A DNA stretch of 64,000 nt from Candidatus Bathyarchaeota archaeon (GTDB lineage Archaea; Thermoproteota; Bathyarchaeia; 40CM-2-53-6), in contig CAVTBR010000001.1 of the NCBI GenBank assembly GCA_963733055.1, positions 64,001 through 128,000 on the forward strand, read 5' to 3'. Position numbers and translations under genes: made by a program. Below the pieces are notes generated by a model that saw nothing but the letters and a program-made list of their open reading frames with translations, did no database searches and was not told where the DNA came from. Shown in pieces: positions 1 through 9,309 of this stretch (positions within the stretch are counted from its first letter, which is position 1; every line of letters begins with the position of its first letter).

Positions 1-279
1 GGAAATCGAACAGTGGAGATTGGAGTAAGCCGCCTAATTCTGGAACCCAACAAGAAACGGGGAGAATTCGCCGTCGTGGTTGCTGACAAGCATCAAAGAA
101 AGGGGCTTGGGATTAAGCTGGTCGATATGCTGATTGATTTCGCTAAGGAGAAGGGCATTGAGACTATTTATGGAACGGTGATGGCGGAGAACATAGGTAT
201 GATACGGCTCTGCGAGAAACTTGGCTTCTCCACTCGAAGAGAGCAGGAGAACACGATTGCAGAGCTAAAGCTAACCTGA
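1..279 (+). CDS. C-terminal GNAT acetyltransferase domain, probably of an acetate-CoA ligase/GNAT (Pat-like) fusion; 5'-truncated by window edge
   Basis: Frame open from base 1; motif A 'EFAVVVADKHQRKGLGIKL' and 'ENIGMIRLCEKLGF'. Confidence 0.8.
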   Translation, partial: GNRTVEIGVSRLILEPNKKRGEFAVVVADKHQRKGLGIKLVDMLIDFAKEKGIETIYGTVMAENIGMIRLCEKLGFSTRREQENTIAELKLT

Positions 280-304
280 AACACAAGCAATCCAGAACGC
301 GTGG

Positions 305-589
305 TTACTTCTTCTTAACCTTCGACACGGCGAAAAGGATAACCCAGACTATAACCGTCCAGATTACGATATCGAGGATTAGCCGCAGGGGACGAACGAC
401 CCAAGGGAAGTATTGAGGAGCAACCACCATCATCTCCAACCAGGCGAAAGGATATCCATAGTAAACGGCCCCCATCAACATCTCAGGCGTGTTGTTGAAC
501 AGGGCGGTTACGAGTGTTACTATGACTCCACCGACTACTGCGAAAATTACCATCTTCATGCTAGACTTCAACGACTCTACCTCGGCCAA
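305..589 (-). CDS. Small membrane protein
   Basis: Two hydrophobic helices flanking 'YYGYPFAW', basic C-terminus. Confidence 0.65.
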   Translation of the reverse strand: MAEVESLKSSMKMVIFAVVGGVIVTLVTALFNNTPEMLMGAVYYGYPFAWLEMMVVAPQYFPWVVRPLRLILDIVIWTVIVWVILFAVSKVKKK

Positions 590-672
590 CCGTAGGTTTC
601 CTGGAACCCATATTTAGACACTACCCGAAATATGCGATGGAATGGTAGCCTAAGAGGGCTGAATTGTTGGTA

Positions 673-765
673 TGGTGGGCCCGCCCGGATTTGAACCGGG
701 GATCTTCGCCGGTCTCACTCAGGAGATGTGAGGGCGACGTCTTGGCCAGGCTGGACCACGAGCCC
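673..765 (-). tRNA. tRNA-Val(CAC) with 15-nt intron at canonical 37/38 (712-726), CCA encoded
   Basis: Cloverleaf GGGCTCG...CGGGCCC-ACCA; anticodon stem TCGCC/GGCGA; T loop TTCAAAT; BHB helix CTCA/TGAG with CAT and ACC bulges. Confidence 0.95.
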
Positions 766-927
766 GAGACAACGAGTTCGGCAACCTGTTCCTCTAACCC
801 TTGAAGCTTGCGGAATCCTTGGACCGCTCGCTTCGATGCCGGTAATCGTTAATCTTCGAGTCTCTGAAATACGCCACTACATAAGACTCAGGTCTAGGGT
901 CTTGAACATGTTTGGTAGGGCTGAACA

Positions 928-1956
928 GTGCAAGCCGTAATTATCCAAGGGAAAGGAACGGTTCAGATTCAGAACCTCCCTACCCCTGCGATAAGTTCCG
1001 ACGAGATTCTCGTGTCAATGCGAGCGTGCGGGATCTGTGGGACTGATATCGAGAAGGTTCATGGCGAGCATATTACACCGCCAATTCTCGGACACGAAGT
1101 GGCCGGGGTAGTCGAGAGGGTTGGAACAGAGGTCCAAGAATTCGCTGTTGGTGACCGGGTTGTAGTACATCATCACGTATCGTGCAGCCACTGCTATTTC
1201 TGTAAGAATGGTCTCGAAACGCTTTGCGAGGAATATCCGAAAAGCAACCTCGACCCTTGCGGGTTTGCTGAGTATTTCAGGGTTCCAAAGGCACTTATGA
1301 AAGGCGGAACCGTGCACAAGTTGTCCGATTCCATGAGTTTTGAGGAAGGGTCACAGGCGGAACCCACTGCATGTTGCATCAGGGCGCTCCGTAAGTCAGG
1401 GGTATCGGCTGGGAATAGTGTCGCGATTTATGGTGTGGGCCCGGTTGGTCTGACCCATGTACAACTTCTGAAGTGTTTCGGGGGTGGACCTGTGTATGCA
1501 ATCGATGTGATCAAGAAGCGTAGGGAGTTCGCCACTAAGTTGGGCGCGGATTCGGCATTTGATCCTATGACAGACGATGTCCTTAATGCAATTTCCCATT
1601 TGACTGGAGGCCTTGGGGTCGATTACGCGATTGTTGCAACCGCCAACTTGAAAGCATTAGAATCAGCGTTTACCACAGTTCGTAAGGGTGGGACGGTTCT
1701 TCTGTTCGGTGCTCCTACACGGGGCGCATTGATGTCATTAGACATGAGTAAGATGTTTCTCCGAGAGGTGCGCTTTCAATCGAGTTACTCAACGTCCGAA
1801 ACTGAAATGCGAATGGCATTGCAACTAATCGAGAACAAACGTGTGAAACCATCCGTGACTATTACAGATAGGTTCCCTCTCTCTCGAGCAATAGAAGCGC
1901 TTGGGCTCGCGGACAAAGCCAGTGAGGCTGTCAAGATAGTAGTTGAGAATGAATGA
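928..1956 (+). CDS. Zn-dependent MDR dehydrogenase (sorbitol/threonine dehydrogenase-like)
   Basis: CGTD, GHE, CxxCxxCxxxxxxxC, GVGPVG motifs. Confidence 0.92.
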   Translation: MQAVIIQGKGTVQIQNLPTPAISSDEILVSMRACGICGTDIEKVHGEHITPPILGHEVAGVVERVGTEVQEFAVGDRVVVHHHVSCSHCYFCKNGLETLCEEYPKSNLDPCGFAEYFRVPKALMKGGTVHKLSDSMSFEEGSQAEPTACCIRALRKSGVSAGNSVAIYGVGPVGLTHVQLLKCFGGGPVYAIDVIKKRREFATKLGADSAFDPMTDDVLNAISHLTGGLGVDYAIVATANLKALESAFTTVRKGGTVLLFGAPTRGALMSLDMSKMFLREVRFQSSYSTSETEMRMALQLIENKRVKPSVTITDRFPLSRAIEALGLADKASEAVKIVVENE

Positions 1957-2017
1957 AGAATTGCGAAGCTCACATTAGTGCAGGGGCTTAATATCGCCTA
2001 ACCGGCAGGGTTTACGT

Positions 2018-3080
2018 ATGGCAAATAGTATGCTCGCAGTTAGGTTCTACGAACCCGGCGTCCTCAAAGTGGAACAGGTACCCGTTCCTGAACCAGAGCC
2101 GGGAGAGTTGATTGTGAAAAGCGCGGTTGCGTTGACCTGCGGAACAGACGTTAAGATGTACAAACGCGGGCATCTGCTCGCCAAACCACCCCAAATCATG
2201 GGACATGAATTCGCCGGAACAGTGTCCGCGGTAGGAAAGGATGTCGCAAACTTTAGCGTTGGAATGAGAGTGGTCGCAGCAAACTCAGCGCCTTGCAATC
2301 AATGCTTCTACTGCCTCTTGCACCAACCCAACCTATGCGAGCATTTGAATGAAAGCTTAATTGGGTTCACCTGGCCGGGAACATACGCTGAGTACGTGAG
2401 GATTCCGGCGAGAATAGTTCGGCAAAACACGTTTCAAGTGCCGGATAGTGTGCCACTTGAGAGCGTAGCGAGTCTAGAACCTCTGGCGTGCGTAGTTCAT
2501 GGCTGGGATCTAGCCAAAGGGTTCCCTGCTGGAGGAACGGCAGTAATCATCGGTGGTGGACCAATCGGCCTCCTTCATGCCCAACTCGCGCGCCTCAACG
2601 GTGCACGTCATGTGGCATTGTGTGACGTCGTGTCAGATAGGTTGAAGGAGGCGGAGGGAGTAGGAGTGGACGTGACGATAAACTCGTCAACTGAGGATCT
2701 TGTAGCGAGGGTCCGTGAACTTACGGAGGGCAAGGGGGCTGACACGGTCGTAGAAGCGGTTGGTCGACGCAGAAACTTGGGACGCGGCTCCTGGTCTAGC
2801 CAGAAAGGGCGGGACCGTCTTGCTATTCGGAGGTTGCGCATCTGGAACCACCGCTTCGTTCGAAGCCGAGAAGATTCACTATGGGGAACTGCACATCCAA
2901 GGCTCATTCCACCACACACCTTCCTCGGTTGAACACGCCTTTCGGCTAATAGTGTCGGGGCGTGTATCGATCAAGCCACTGATTTCCCACGAGATGCCAC
3001 TAGAACGAGCTGAAGAAGCTCTACAACTTATGGGAAGCGGAAAGGCATTGAAAATTGCACTGCGCCCACCGGCAAAATAA
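2018..3080 (+). CDS. Zn-dependent MDR dehydrogenase; +1 frameshift near 2768 (probable sequencing error)
   Basis: CGTD, GHE, 4-Cys Zn site, GGGPIG; C-terminus 'ETWDAAPGLARKGGTVLLFGG...KALKIAL' is in the second frame. Confidence 0.88.
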
Positions 3081-3118
3081 CCTCCAACACTTCCAATCTG
3101 TCACTCAGGTGGATTGCG

Positions 3119-4285
3119 TTAGAGTAATCCTTCTGGCTCCTCTAGGTTACGTTTCACGTCCCTGAGGAACTTCGTGGCTGGGACGCCGTCGATAATCCGA
3201 TGATCGAAAACTAATGTCAATAGTGTCGATGGTCTCGCGGATACTTGACTTCCATTAGCGAATGGTTTGTAAGCTATCCGGCCGAGCCCGAGAATTGCAC
3301 ATTGGGGCGGGTTTATGACTGGTGCGAATGATTCGATGTCGAACCCACCGAGGTTGGTTACGGTGAATGTGCCGCCGGTCAGGTTCTCGATTGTTAGCCG
3401 ATTCTCACTGGCTTTCTTAGCGAGCTCCTCAATAGTCGAGCTAACCTCCCTTAGAGATAGTTTGTCAGCATTTCTGACGACCGGCGCCACTAAGCCCTGT
3501 TCGGTGTGTATCGCTACCGCGACGTTGACATCTGAGTAAGTTGTAACTTCGTCGCCTTCTATTGTTGAGTTGACATCATGGTGATCACCCAAAGCTTTTG
3601 CAACCGCCTTTACTCCGAAGGCCGTAAACCCAACGTGGCTCTGCTTTTCTTTCATCGCCATTAACTTCGTGGCGTCCGCTTCGACGGTGATTGTAACCGG
3701 GACGACGGTTCTCGCACTAAACGAGAGCCTTTCAGCGACAACCTTTCGGACGCCGGCAAGTTTCGTCTTCTTCATTATGGCCGGTTGGGGAATTCTTGAG
3801 ATCGTTTGGGGGGCCTGCGAGGAAGGGTCACCCTGTTTTGCGGCGAGGATGTCCTCCCGAGTTATTCGGCCCCCGGGGCCAGTTCCCTTTAGGGAGGTCA
3901 AGTCGAGACCGTATTCCTGGGCCAACCGGCGTGCGGCGGGGGATGCTACTACTCGGTCTGAGAGGGGTCCATGACTTGGCGTGGTTGAAGATGGTTCTGG
4001 TCTCGCTTGCTCGGTTCTAGCGGGCGACACTTGCCGAGTTGTTGTTGATCCAGGTTCTCCGATGATTGCGATTGGCTCGGCAACTTGGATGTCGGTCCCG
4101 ACGGTTGCTAGGATCTTGGTCAAGGGTCCGGTGTCGGGGGCTTCAACTTCGAAGGTGGTTTTCTCTCCTTCGACAACGAGTATGGGTTCCCCTTTCCTAA
4201 CCAACTCGCCTTCTTTCTTCAGCCATTCAACGATCTTGCCGGATTGCATTCCGGGATCGAGGCGCGGCATTACAACTTCGGTCAA
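3119..4285 (-). CDS. Dihydrolipoamide acyltransferase E2 of acetoin/2-oxoacid dehydrogenase complex
   Basis: Lipoyl domain (VEGEKT), peripheral-subunit-binding domain (ASPAARRLA...GTGPGGRI), catalytic DHRIIDG. Confidence 0.95.
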   Translation of the reverse strand: MTEVVMPRLDPGMQSGKIVEWLKKEGELVRKGEPILVVEGEKTTFEVEAPDTGPLTKILATVGTDIQVAEPIAIIGEPGSTTTRQVSPARTEQARPEPSSTTPSHGPLSDRVVASPAARRLAQEYGLDLTSLKGTGPGGRITREDILAAKQGDPSSQAPQTISRIPQPAIMKKTKLAGVRKVVAERLSFSARTVVPVTITVEADATKLMAMKEKQSHVGFTAFGVKAVAKALGDHHDVNSTIEGDEVTTYSDVNVAVAIHTEQGLVAPVVRNADKLSLREVSSTIEELAKKASENRLTIENLTGGTFTVTNLGGFDIESFAPVINPPQCAILGLGRIAYKPFANGSQVSARPSTLLTLVFDHRIIDGVPATKFLRDVKRNLEEPEGLL

Positions 4286-4291
4286 GATGGA

Positions 4292-5278
4292 TCACTTGCC
4301 CAGTAGGGTTTGGACGGCATGGATGACGCTTTCAGCGTTTGGCATGTATTGTTGCTCGAGGGGTGGGGAGAATGGGATTGGCATGTCTGGGCACGCGACT
4401 CGCGTAATTGGTGCGTCTAAATAGTCGAACGCGGTCTCGGTGATTGAAGCCGATATCTCCGCACCCACGCCACCTCTCTTTACATCGTCGGACGCGATAA
4501 CCAGTCTGGAAGTTCGCTTGACTGACTCAACGATCGTTTCAAGGTCGAGCGGCTGGATGGTTCTCACGTCTATGACTTCGGCTGAGATGCCCTTATCATC
4601 TAGTTTCTTCGCTGCTGCTAGGGATTCACCTACCATTCTCGAAACGCCTACGATCGTGACGTCGTCTCCTTTCTTTTTCACGGCTGCTTTTCCTAGAGGA
4701 GTTAGGTACTCCTCCTCGGGGACCGGTCCCTTTGTTCGGTAGAGTAGCCCACTCTCCACGAAGAGGACTGGGTTGGGATCTCGGATTGCTGACTTTAGCA
4801 GACCTTTAGCGTCGCTTGGGTCTGCGGGCAACGCCACTTTCAACCCCGGAGCCTGCAGAAACCAAGCGGGGGTGAATTGTGAGTGTTGCGATCCGTGTTG
4901 TCGGCCGAGGCTGTATTGGGTTCGCAAGACCATCGGAACCTGAAGCTGGCCTCCGCTCATGAAACGCATTTTTGCGGCTTGCGTAGACAATTGATCCATG
5001 CAAATCGGGAGGAAATCCATGTACATGATCTCCGCTACAGGCCTCATACCCGCCAGCGCCAAACCTACTGCCGCTCCAGTGATGGCGGCCTCGGAGATTG
5101 GGGTGTCTCTAACACGTTCGGGCCCGAATTCGTCGAGCAAACCCCTAGTAACCTTGTAGACACCGTTGAATACGCCGATTTCTTCCCCTAAGAGTATGAC
5201 GTTCGGATCTCGGATCATCTCTTCGCGGAGCGCTTCACGGAGGGCGTCGGCATATGTGAGTTCCTTCATCCGTATCAC
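4292..5278 (-). CDS. TPP-dependent acetoin/pyruvate dehydrogenase E1 beta (probable start ATG 5269)
   Basis: 'ERVRDTPISE', 'GMRPVAEIMYMDF', 'DYLDAPITRV'. Confidence 0.95.
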   Translation of the reverse strand: MIRMKELTYADALREALREEMIRDPNVILLGEEIGVFNGVYKVTRGLLDEFGPERVRDTPISEAAITGAAVGLALAGMRPVAEIMYMDFLPICMDQLSTQAAKMRFMSGGQLQVPMVLRTQYSLGRQHGSQHSQFTPAWFLQAPGLKVALPADPSDAKGLLKSAIRDPNPVLFVESGLLYRTKGPVPEEEYLTPLGKAAVKKKGDDVTIVGVSRMVGESLAAAKKLDDKGISAEVIDVRTIQPLDLETIVESVKRTSRLVIASDDVKRGGVGAEISASITETAFDYLDAPITRVACPDMPIPFSPPLEQQYMPNAESVIHAVQTLLGK

Positions 5279-6294
5279 TTTGAGTAGACGTAGTTTCCGA
5301 TCTCGCTGAATGGTAACGGTGAACCTTGCATGGCGAACTTAACCGAGTCTTCGATTTCCTGTTGCGTTGCCCTGTCGACTTCTGCAACTTCCGCAGTTGT
5401 TATTATCTTCTGGTCTTGGAGACGCTTCTTGAATGTAAGAATGGGATCGCGTTCGAGCCATTTCGCGACTTCTTCTTTGGGGCGGTACTCTCCTTTGTCA
5501 TAAACGCCGTGGCCTTTCATCTTGTAAGTTAGGCATTCAAGGAACGTTGGGGTAGAGTCTCTGCGAGCTTTTTCGGCTGCTGACTTGGTCGCGGCGTATA
5601 CCGTCACAACATCATTTCCGTTGACAACTGTCGTTTCTATTCCGTAGGAGCGGGCTCGCTCGGCGATGCTTGGGCTTGATACGCTCTTCTTTACGTTGGT
5701 AGACATTCCGTACTGATTGTTCTCGCAGAACAGTAGAACAGGTAGCTTCCAAAGGGCGATGAGGTTTACGCCCTCGTGGAACTCGCCCGTGTTGCAGGCG
5801 CCGTCGCCGAAGAATGTGGCCGCAATCTGTTTCGTCTTCCTTTGCTTGAGGCCGAGTCCAATCCCCGCAGCAATTGGTATTCCGCTACCGACTATAGCTG
5901 TGGCGTAAATGGAGCCAGTTTTAGGGTAGATTGCAACGTGCATCGAGCCGCCTAACCCTTTGCAGTTACCAGTTGATTTTCCAAAGAGTTCTGCCATGCA
6001 GAGGTTGGATGGTACGTCCTTGGCCAAAGCGTGGCCGTGGCCACGGTAGGTGGTTACGGTTAGATCATTGGGCTGAAGAGCCATCATCGCGCCTGTCGCA
6101 ATCGCTTCCTGGCCTAGGTACAGGTGAGATGGTCCTATCAATAATCCTTTGACGATGAATAGTTCTTCGACTTTCTCCTCGAACTTTCTAATAATGAGCA
6201 TCTTCCTGAGCATTTCACGCAACAGGTCTTTCGTTAGACCGTACTTTGCGTAGTCGTTTTGCGGTACTTCTTGTACTTCGGTTATGGTCGCCAT
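5275..6294 (-). CDS. TPP-dependent acetoin/pyruvate dehydrogenase E1 alpha
   Basis: 'HLYLGQEA', 'TYRGHGH', 'KGLGGSMH', TPP motif GDGA-x-ENN. Confidence 0.95.
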   Translation of the reverse strand: MATITEVQEVPQNDYAKYGLTKDLLREMLRKMLIIRKFEEKVEELFIVKGLLIGPSHLYLGQEAIATGAMMALQPNDLTVTTYRGHGHALAKDVPSNLCMAELFGKSTGNCKGLGGSMHVAIYPKTGSIYATAIVGSGIPIAAGIGLGLKQRKTKQIAATFFGDGACNTGEFHEGVNLIALWKLPVLLFCENNQYGMSTNVKKSVSSPSIAERARSYGIETTVVNGNDVVTVYAATKSAAEKARRDSTPTFLECLTYKMKGHGVYDKGEYRPKEEVAKWLERDPILTFKKRLQDQKIITTAEVAEVDRATQQEIEDSVKFAMQGSPLPFSEIGNYVYSK

Positions 6295-6407
6295 TTCTAT
6301 CTCAGCTGGTCAATATTTGCGGGCTGGTTCTTTAGCCATTCTCCGTTTCGGTTCGTTCAATCAATTTCAAGTTCGTGGATGGAACTCATTCTTGGCAGAT
6401 GTTCGTC

Positions 6408-7970
6408 CTATGCCCCGGCGGCTCGGAACATCGGCTGCACGAGACCTTCTTCCACCATCTCTAGCGAGTGCTTGTACACTTTGGACCACTGGGCGTACAA
6501 TTTCAGATATTTACCATGGGTGGTCTGGTTGGGTTCGAATGTTCGCTCCCATTTGACCATGCCCTTCGCGGTTTCTTTCAGGTTCGGAAATATTCCGACG
6601 CCCACTCCCGCGCATATTGCAGCGCCGAGAGCTGTGGATTCTTTGATGGTTGGAACCTTGACCGTGATTCCGAACACGTCTGATAGTATTTGGGGCCACA
6701 GGAAGCCTTTCGACGCTCCCCCGCAGAATACTACTTGTTTCATTTTTCGATGAGTGAGCGCTTGCAATATTTGCAGGTGACCCAACGCTACGTACGCCGC
6801 GCTCTCTTCAATCGCCCTGACGCATTCCTTCTTGCCAGATGCCTGAGGTTGGTTGATGTCGAATTGTAGGAAGGATGGGGAGGCATGAATCCATCTTCTA
6901 GCGTTCATTATGTCCGAGAAAATTGGAATGACGCCGTTTGACCCAGGTTCAACGTGTTCGGCCTGCCTTTCAAGCAAATAGTACGCATCAACCCCTTCCC
7001 GAGTCGCTATCTCCTTCTCTTGCTCGCAGAATGCGTCCCTGAACCATCGCATTGTCAACCCACATAGGAAACCTATCCCTTCGGTCATCCACATACCTTG
7101 AACTGCATGGCAAAGGGTGCGTAAGCGAATCTTTGGGTCTATGATCGGTTTCTCCGTGACTACTGTTTGTTGCCAGAACGTCCCGCCTATCGTCGCTGAA
7201 TCATACGGTTGAACCGCTGCTATGCCGATTAGGCCAAGCTGTGTGTCTGCCCCGCCTACCACTACGGGAGTTCTCGATTTGAAACCAGTCTCGGCGGCGG
7301 CCTCAGCGGTGACCTCCCCCAGCACCGTTCCTGGTTCCTTTACTTCCGGGAAAATACCTCTAGGCAAGGAACACCAATCGATGATCTCGTCCGACCAAGT
7401 TCTTTTCGAGAGTTGAAACAGATTTGAGCTTGAGCCAATCGAGGGATCGGTAGCGAATTTCCCTGACAGTTTCTGAAGAATCCAATCGCTTATCATAGTC
7501 ACGTGGGCAGTTTTCTTGAAGATCTCCGGCTCGTGCTTCTTTATCCAAAGGAATCTTGGCGGCGACGTAATCGCCTGCCAATCCCCAGCCCTAGAGTAGA
7601 TCTTCTTTGCTAGTCCTTTCTTGACCATATGAGTAACTTCGTTTCTCGCCCGCGAGTCGACGTTTGGGCATGCCCAGATCTCTTTGCCAGTTTCATCGTA
7701 GAGAACCATGCCCTCGCGCATGCTGGTCGCGCTAATGCCGCGAATTTCATCGGGTCGAATCTTAGCTTTGTCGATCGCCTCGTGTATTGATTCGCAGATA
7801 AGTGCCCAATTTCGTGCGGTCTCAAAGACAAAGGCGCCCGGATATTGCGGTATAGTAGGATGGACCCACTCTCTTGATGCGATGGCGACTTGATGCCCTT
7901 CGGAGTCAAAGATTACACATCTGCCGCTGCCAGTTCCCGCGTCTATTGCGGCTAGATAGTCGCCATTCAT
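6408..7970 (-). CDS. lsrK: Autoinducer-2 kinase (LsrK)-like FGGY kinase
   Basis: LsrK-specific blocks over the full length: DAGTGSG, SMREG, IWACPNVDSRA, TMISDW, GGTFWQQ, GLTMRWFRDAFC, GVIPIFSD, WIHASPSF, C-terminal PMFRAAGA. Confidence 0.85.
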   Translation of the reverse strand: MNGDYLAAIDAGTGSGRCVIFDSEGHQVAIASREWVHPTIPQYPGAFVFETARNWALICESIHEAIDKAKIRPDEIRGISATSMREGMVLYDETGKEIWACPNVDSRARNEVTHMVKKGLAKKIYSRAGDWQAITSPPRFLWIKKHEPEIFKKTAHVTMISDWILQKLSGKFATDPSIGSSSNLFQLSKRTWSDEIIDWCSLPRGIFPEVKEPGTVLGEVTAEAAAETGFKSRTPVVVGGADTQLGLIGIAAVQPYDSATIGGTFWQQTVVTEKPIIDPKIRLRTLCHAVQGMWMTEGIGFLCGLTMRWFRDAFCEQEKEIATREGVDAYYLLERQAEHVEPGSNGVIPIFSDIMNARRWIHASPSFLQFDINQPQASGKKECVRAIEESAAYVALGHLQILQALTHRKMKQVVFCGGASKGFLWPQILSDVFGITVKVPTIKESTALGAAICAGVGVGIFPNLKETAKGMVKWERTFEPNQTTHGKYLKLYAQWSKVYKHSLEMVEEGLVQPMFRAAGA

Positions 7971-7995
7971 GCTATCTCATGCCCGCGAGGAGGGG

Positions 7996-8697
7996 TCATT
8001 TTGCGGAGGGGTGCTGACCATATCTTGTCCGTTTGAAGACCTTCAGATATGCAAGTTCTTTTCTTGTGAACTCCCTAGGTTTCGCAAGAACCATTGAATG
8101 GACCGCCATGTTGGCAACATCTTCCAGCACTATTGCGGTCTCCAATCCTTCTTCAGGTGTCCTCCCTACAACAACCACCCCATGCTTTCTCAGGAGGGCG
8201 GCATCACATTTCTCTAACGCCTTCAGGATTGCAGCTAACTCGACAGGCTCCGTCGTGCCCGGAAGCGAGTACTTCCGTACTAGAGGTACGCTACCCCCAA
8301 GATAGAACGCCTGTTCCGCCGAAACACATGGAATCTCCATGTTGGCGGCGGCAAAAGCGCAAGCCATCGGCGAGTGCGTATGAATTACCGTACTAATTTC
8401 CGGTCGGTTCCGGTGAATGTAGGTATGCATCGCGGTTTCCACGGACGGCCTGAACTTTCCTTGGACAAGCTTGGCGTCGAGGTCCACAATGATGAGATGC
8501 TGAGTGTTGAGCGTGAGTTTGCTGAAACCACTGGGAGTGATTAGAGCGTAGTCTGTGTTAGGGATTCGGTTACTCACGACACCAAATGTTGACGTTACTA
8601 GATGGTTCTCAAAGAGCCCACGAGCTACTTCCACGGTTTTACTTGCGAGACTATCAATGATCTCTTGTTGAACGCCAGGTATGCTGAAGTCGGACGT
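7996..8697 (-). CDS. Class II aldolase/adducin family protein (FucA/AraD/MtnB-like); likely non-canonical ACG start at 8697, first canonical start GTG 8634
   Basis: ITPSG, RPSVETAMH, IHTHS, RKHG metal-binding motifs; SD AGGTGA 6 nt before the in-frame ACG. Confidence 0.88.
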   Translation of the reverse strand, partial: TSDFSIPGVQQEIIDSLASKTVEVARGLFENHLVTSTFGVVSNRIPNTDYALITPSGFSKLTLNTQHLIIVDLDAKLVQGKFRPSVETAMHTYIHRNRPEISTVIHTHSPMACAFAAANMEIPCVSAEQAFYLGGSVPLVRKYSLPGTTEPVELAAILKALEKCDAALLRKHGVVVVGRTPEEGLETAIVLEDVANMAVHSMVLAKPREFTRKELAYLKVFKRTRYGQHPSAK

Positions 8698-8756
8698 CTG
8701 AAGTCACCTGGGTTTTGTGTTGTGCTCTTCCTGTTTGTATTGTCGACGGATGAATG

Positions 8757-9254
8757 TTAAGGGTAGGTGTAGATAGGATTCATAGAGATCGCGTGGCCGC
8801 TGACTGTTTCTGCAACCATCTTCAACACGGGTTCAGTATTCATGTAATAGAATCTGATGTTTTCACCAAGCCTTCCACTCATCATAACATCAACATCATT
8901 CTTCTTGAAGTCTGCGAGTGCCTTTTCAACATCCTCCGCGGGGCTCACTACGGAAACATGGTGCAGCCCTTCTCCCTTCTCTTCTAAGAACTCCTTGTAG
9001 ATACTTGGGCCCTCCAATGGTTGCAAAATTTCGAAGTCGATCGGGTCACAGTGGACTTCCGCCCCAAGCATAGAGTAATTGGCAGGTTTTCCGTGGAGTT
9101 CCTGATGGTGTAGGATTGGGGGTTTGTGTTCGTAAACACTCCAGGGCCCCCACCCGAGAATCTTGTGGTATGCTTCCATCGTTTTTCGCAAATCTTTCAC
9201 AACCACGGCAACTTGAGTAATCTTCATTCCAGACGGAACTGATGTGCCCATCAA
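8757..9254 (-). CDS. VOC family protein (methylmalonyl-CoA epimerase/glyoxalase-like)
   Basis: 'QVAVVVKDL', 'FEILQPLEGPSIYKEFLEEKGEGLHHV'. Confidence 0.9.
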   Translation of the reverse strand: MMGTSVPSGMKITQVAVVVKDLRKTMEAYHKILGWGPWSVYEHKPPILHHQELHGKPANYSMLGAEVHCDPIDFEILQPLEGPSIYKEFLEEKGEGLHHVSVVSPAEDVEKALADFKKNDVDVMMSGRLGENIRFYYMNTEPVLKMVAETVSGHAISMNPIYTYP

Positions 9255-9309
9255 CTGTCATCTCGCAGAAGAAAGGGCAAGTCGCTTTGTATATTAGCCT
9301 TGGTCTACA

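Noticed and set aside
728-940. 70-aa ORF
   Set aside because: Antisense to tRNA-Val and its promoter; no protein features
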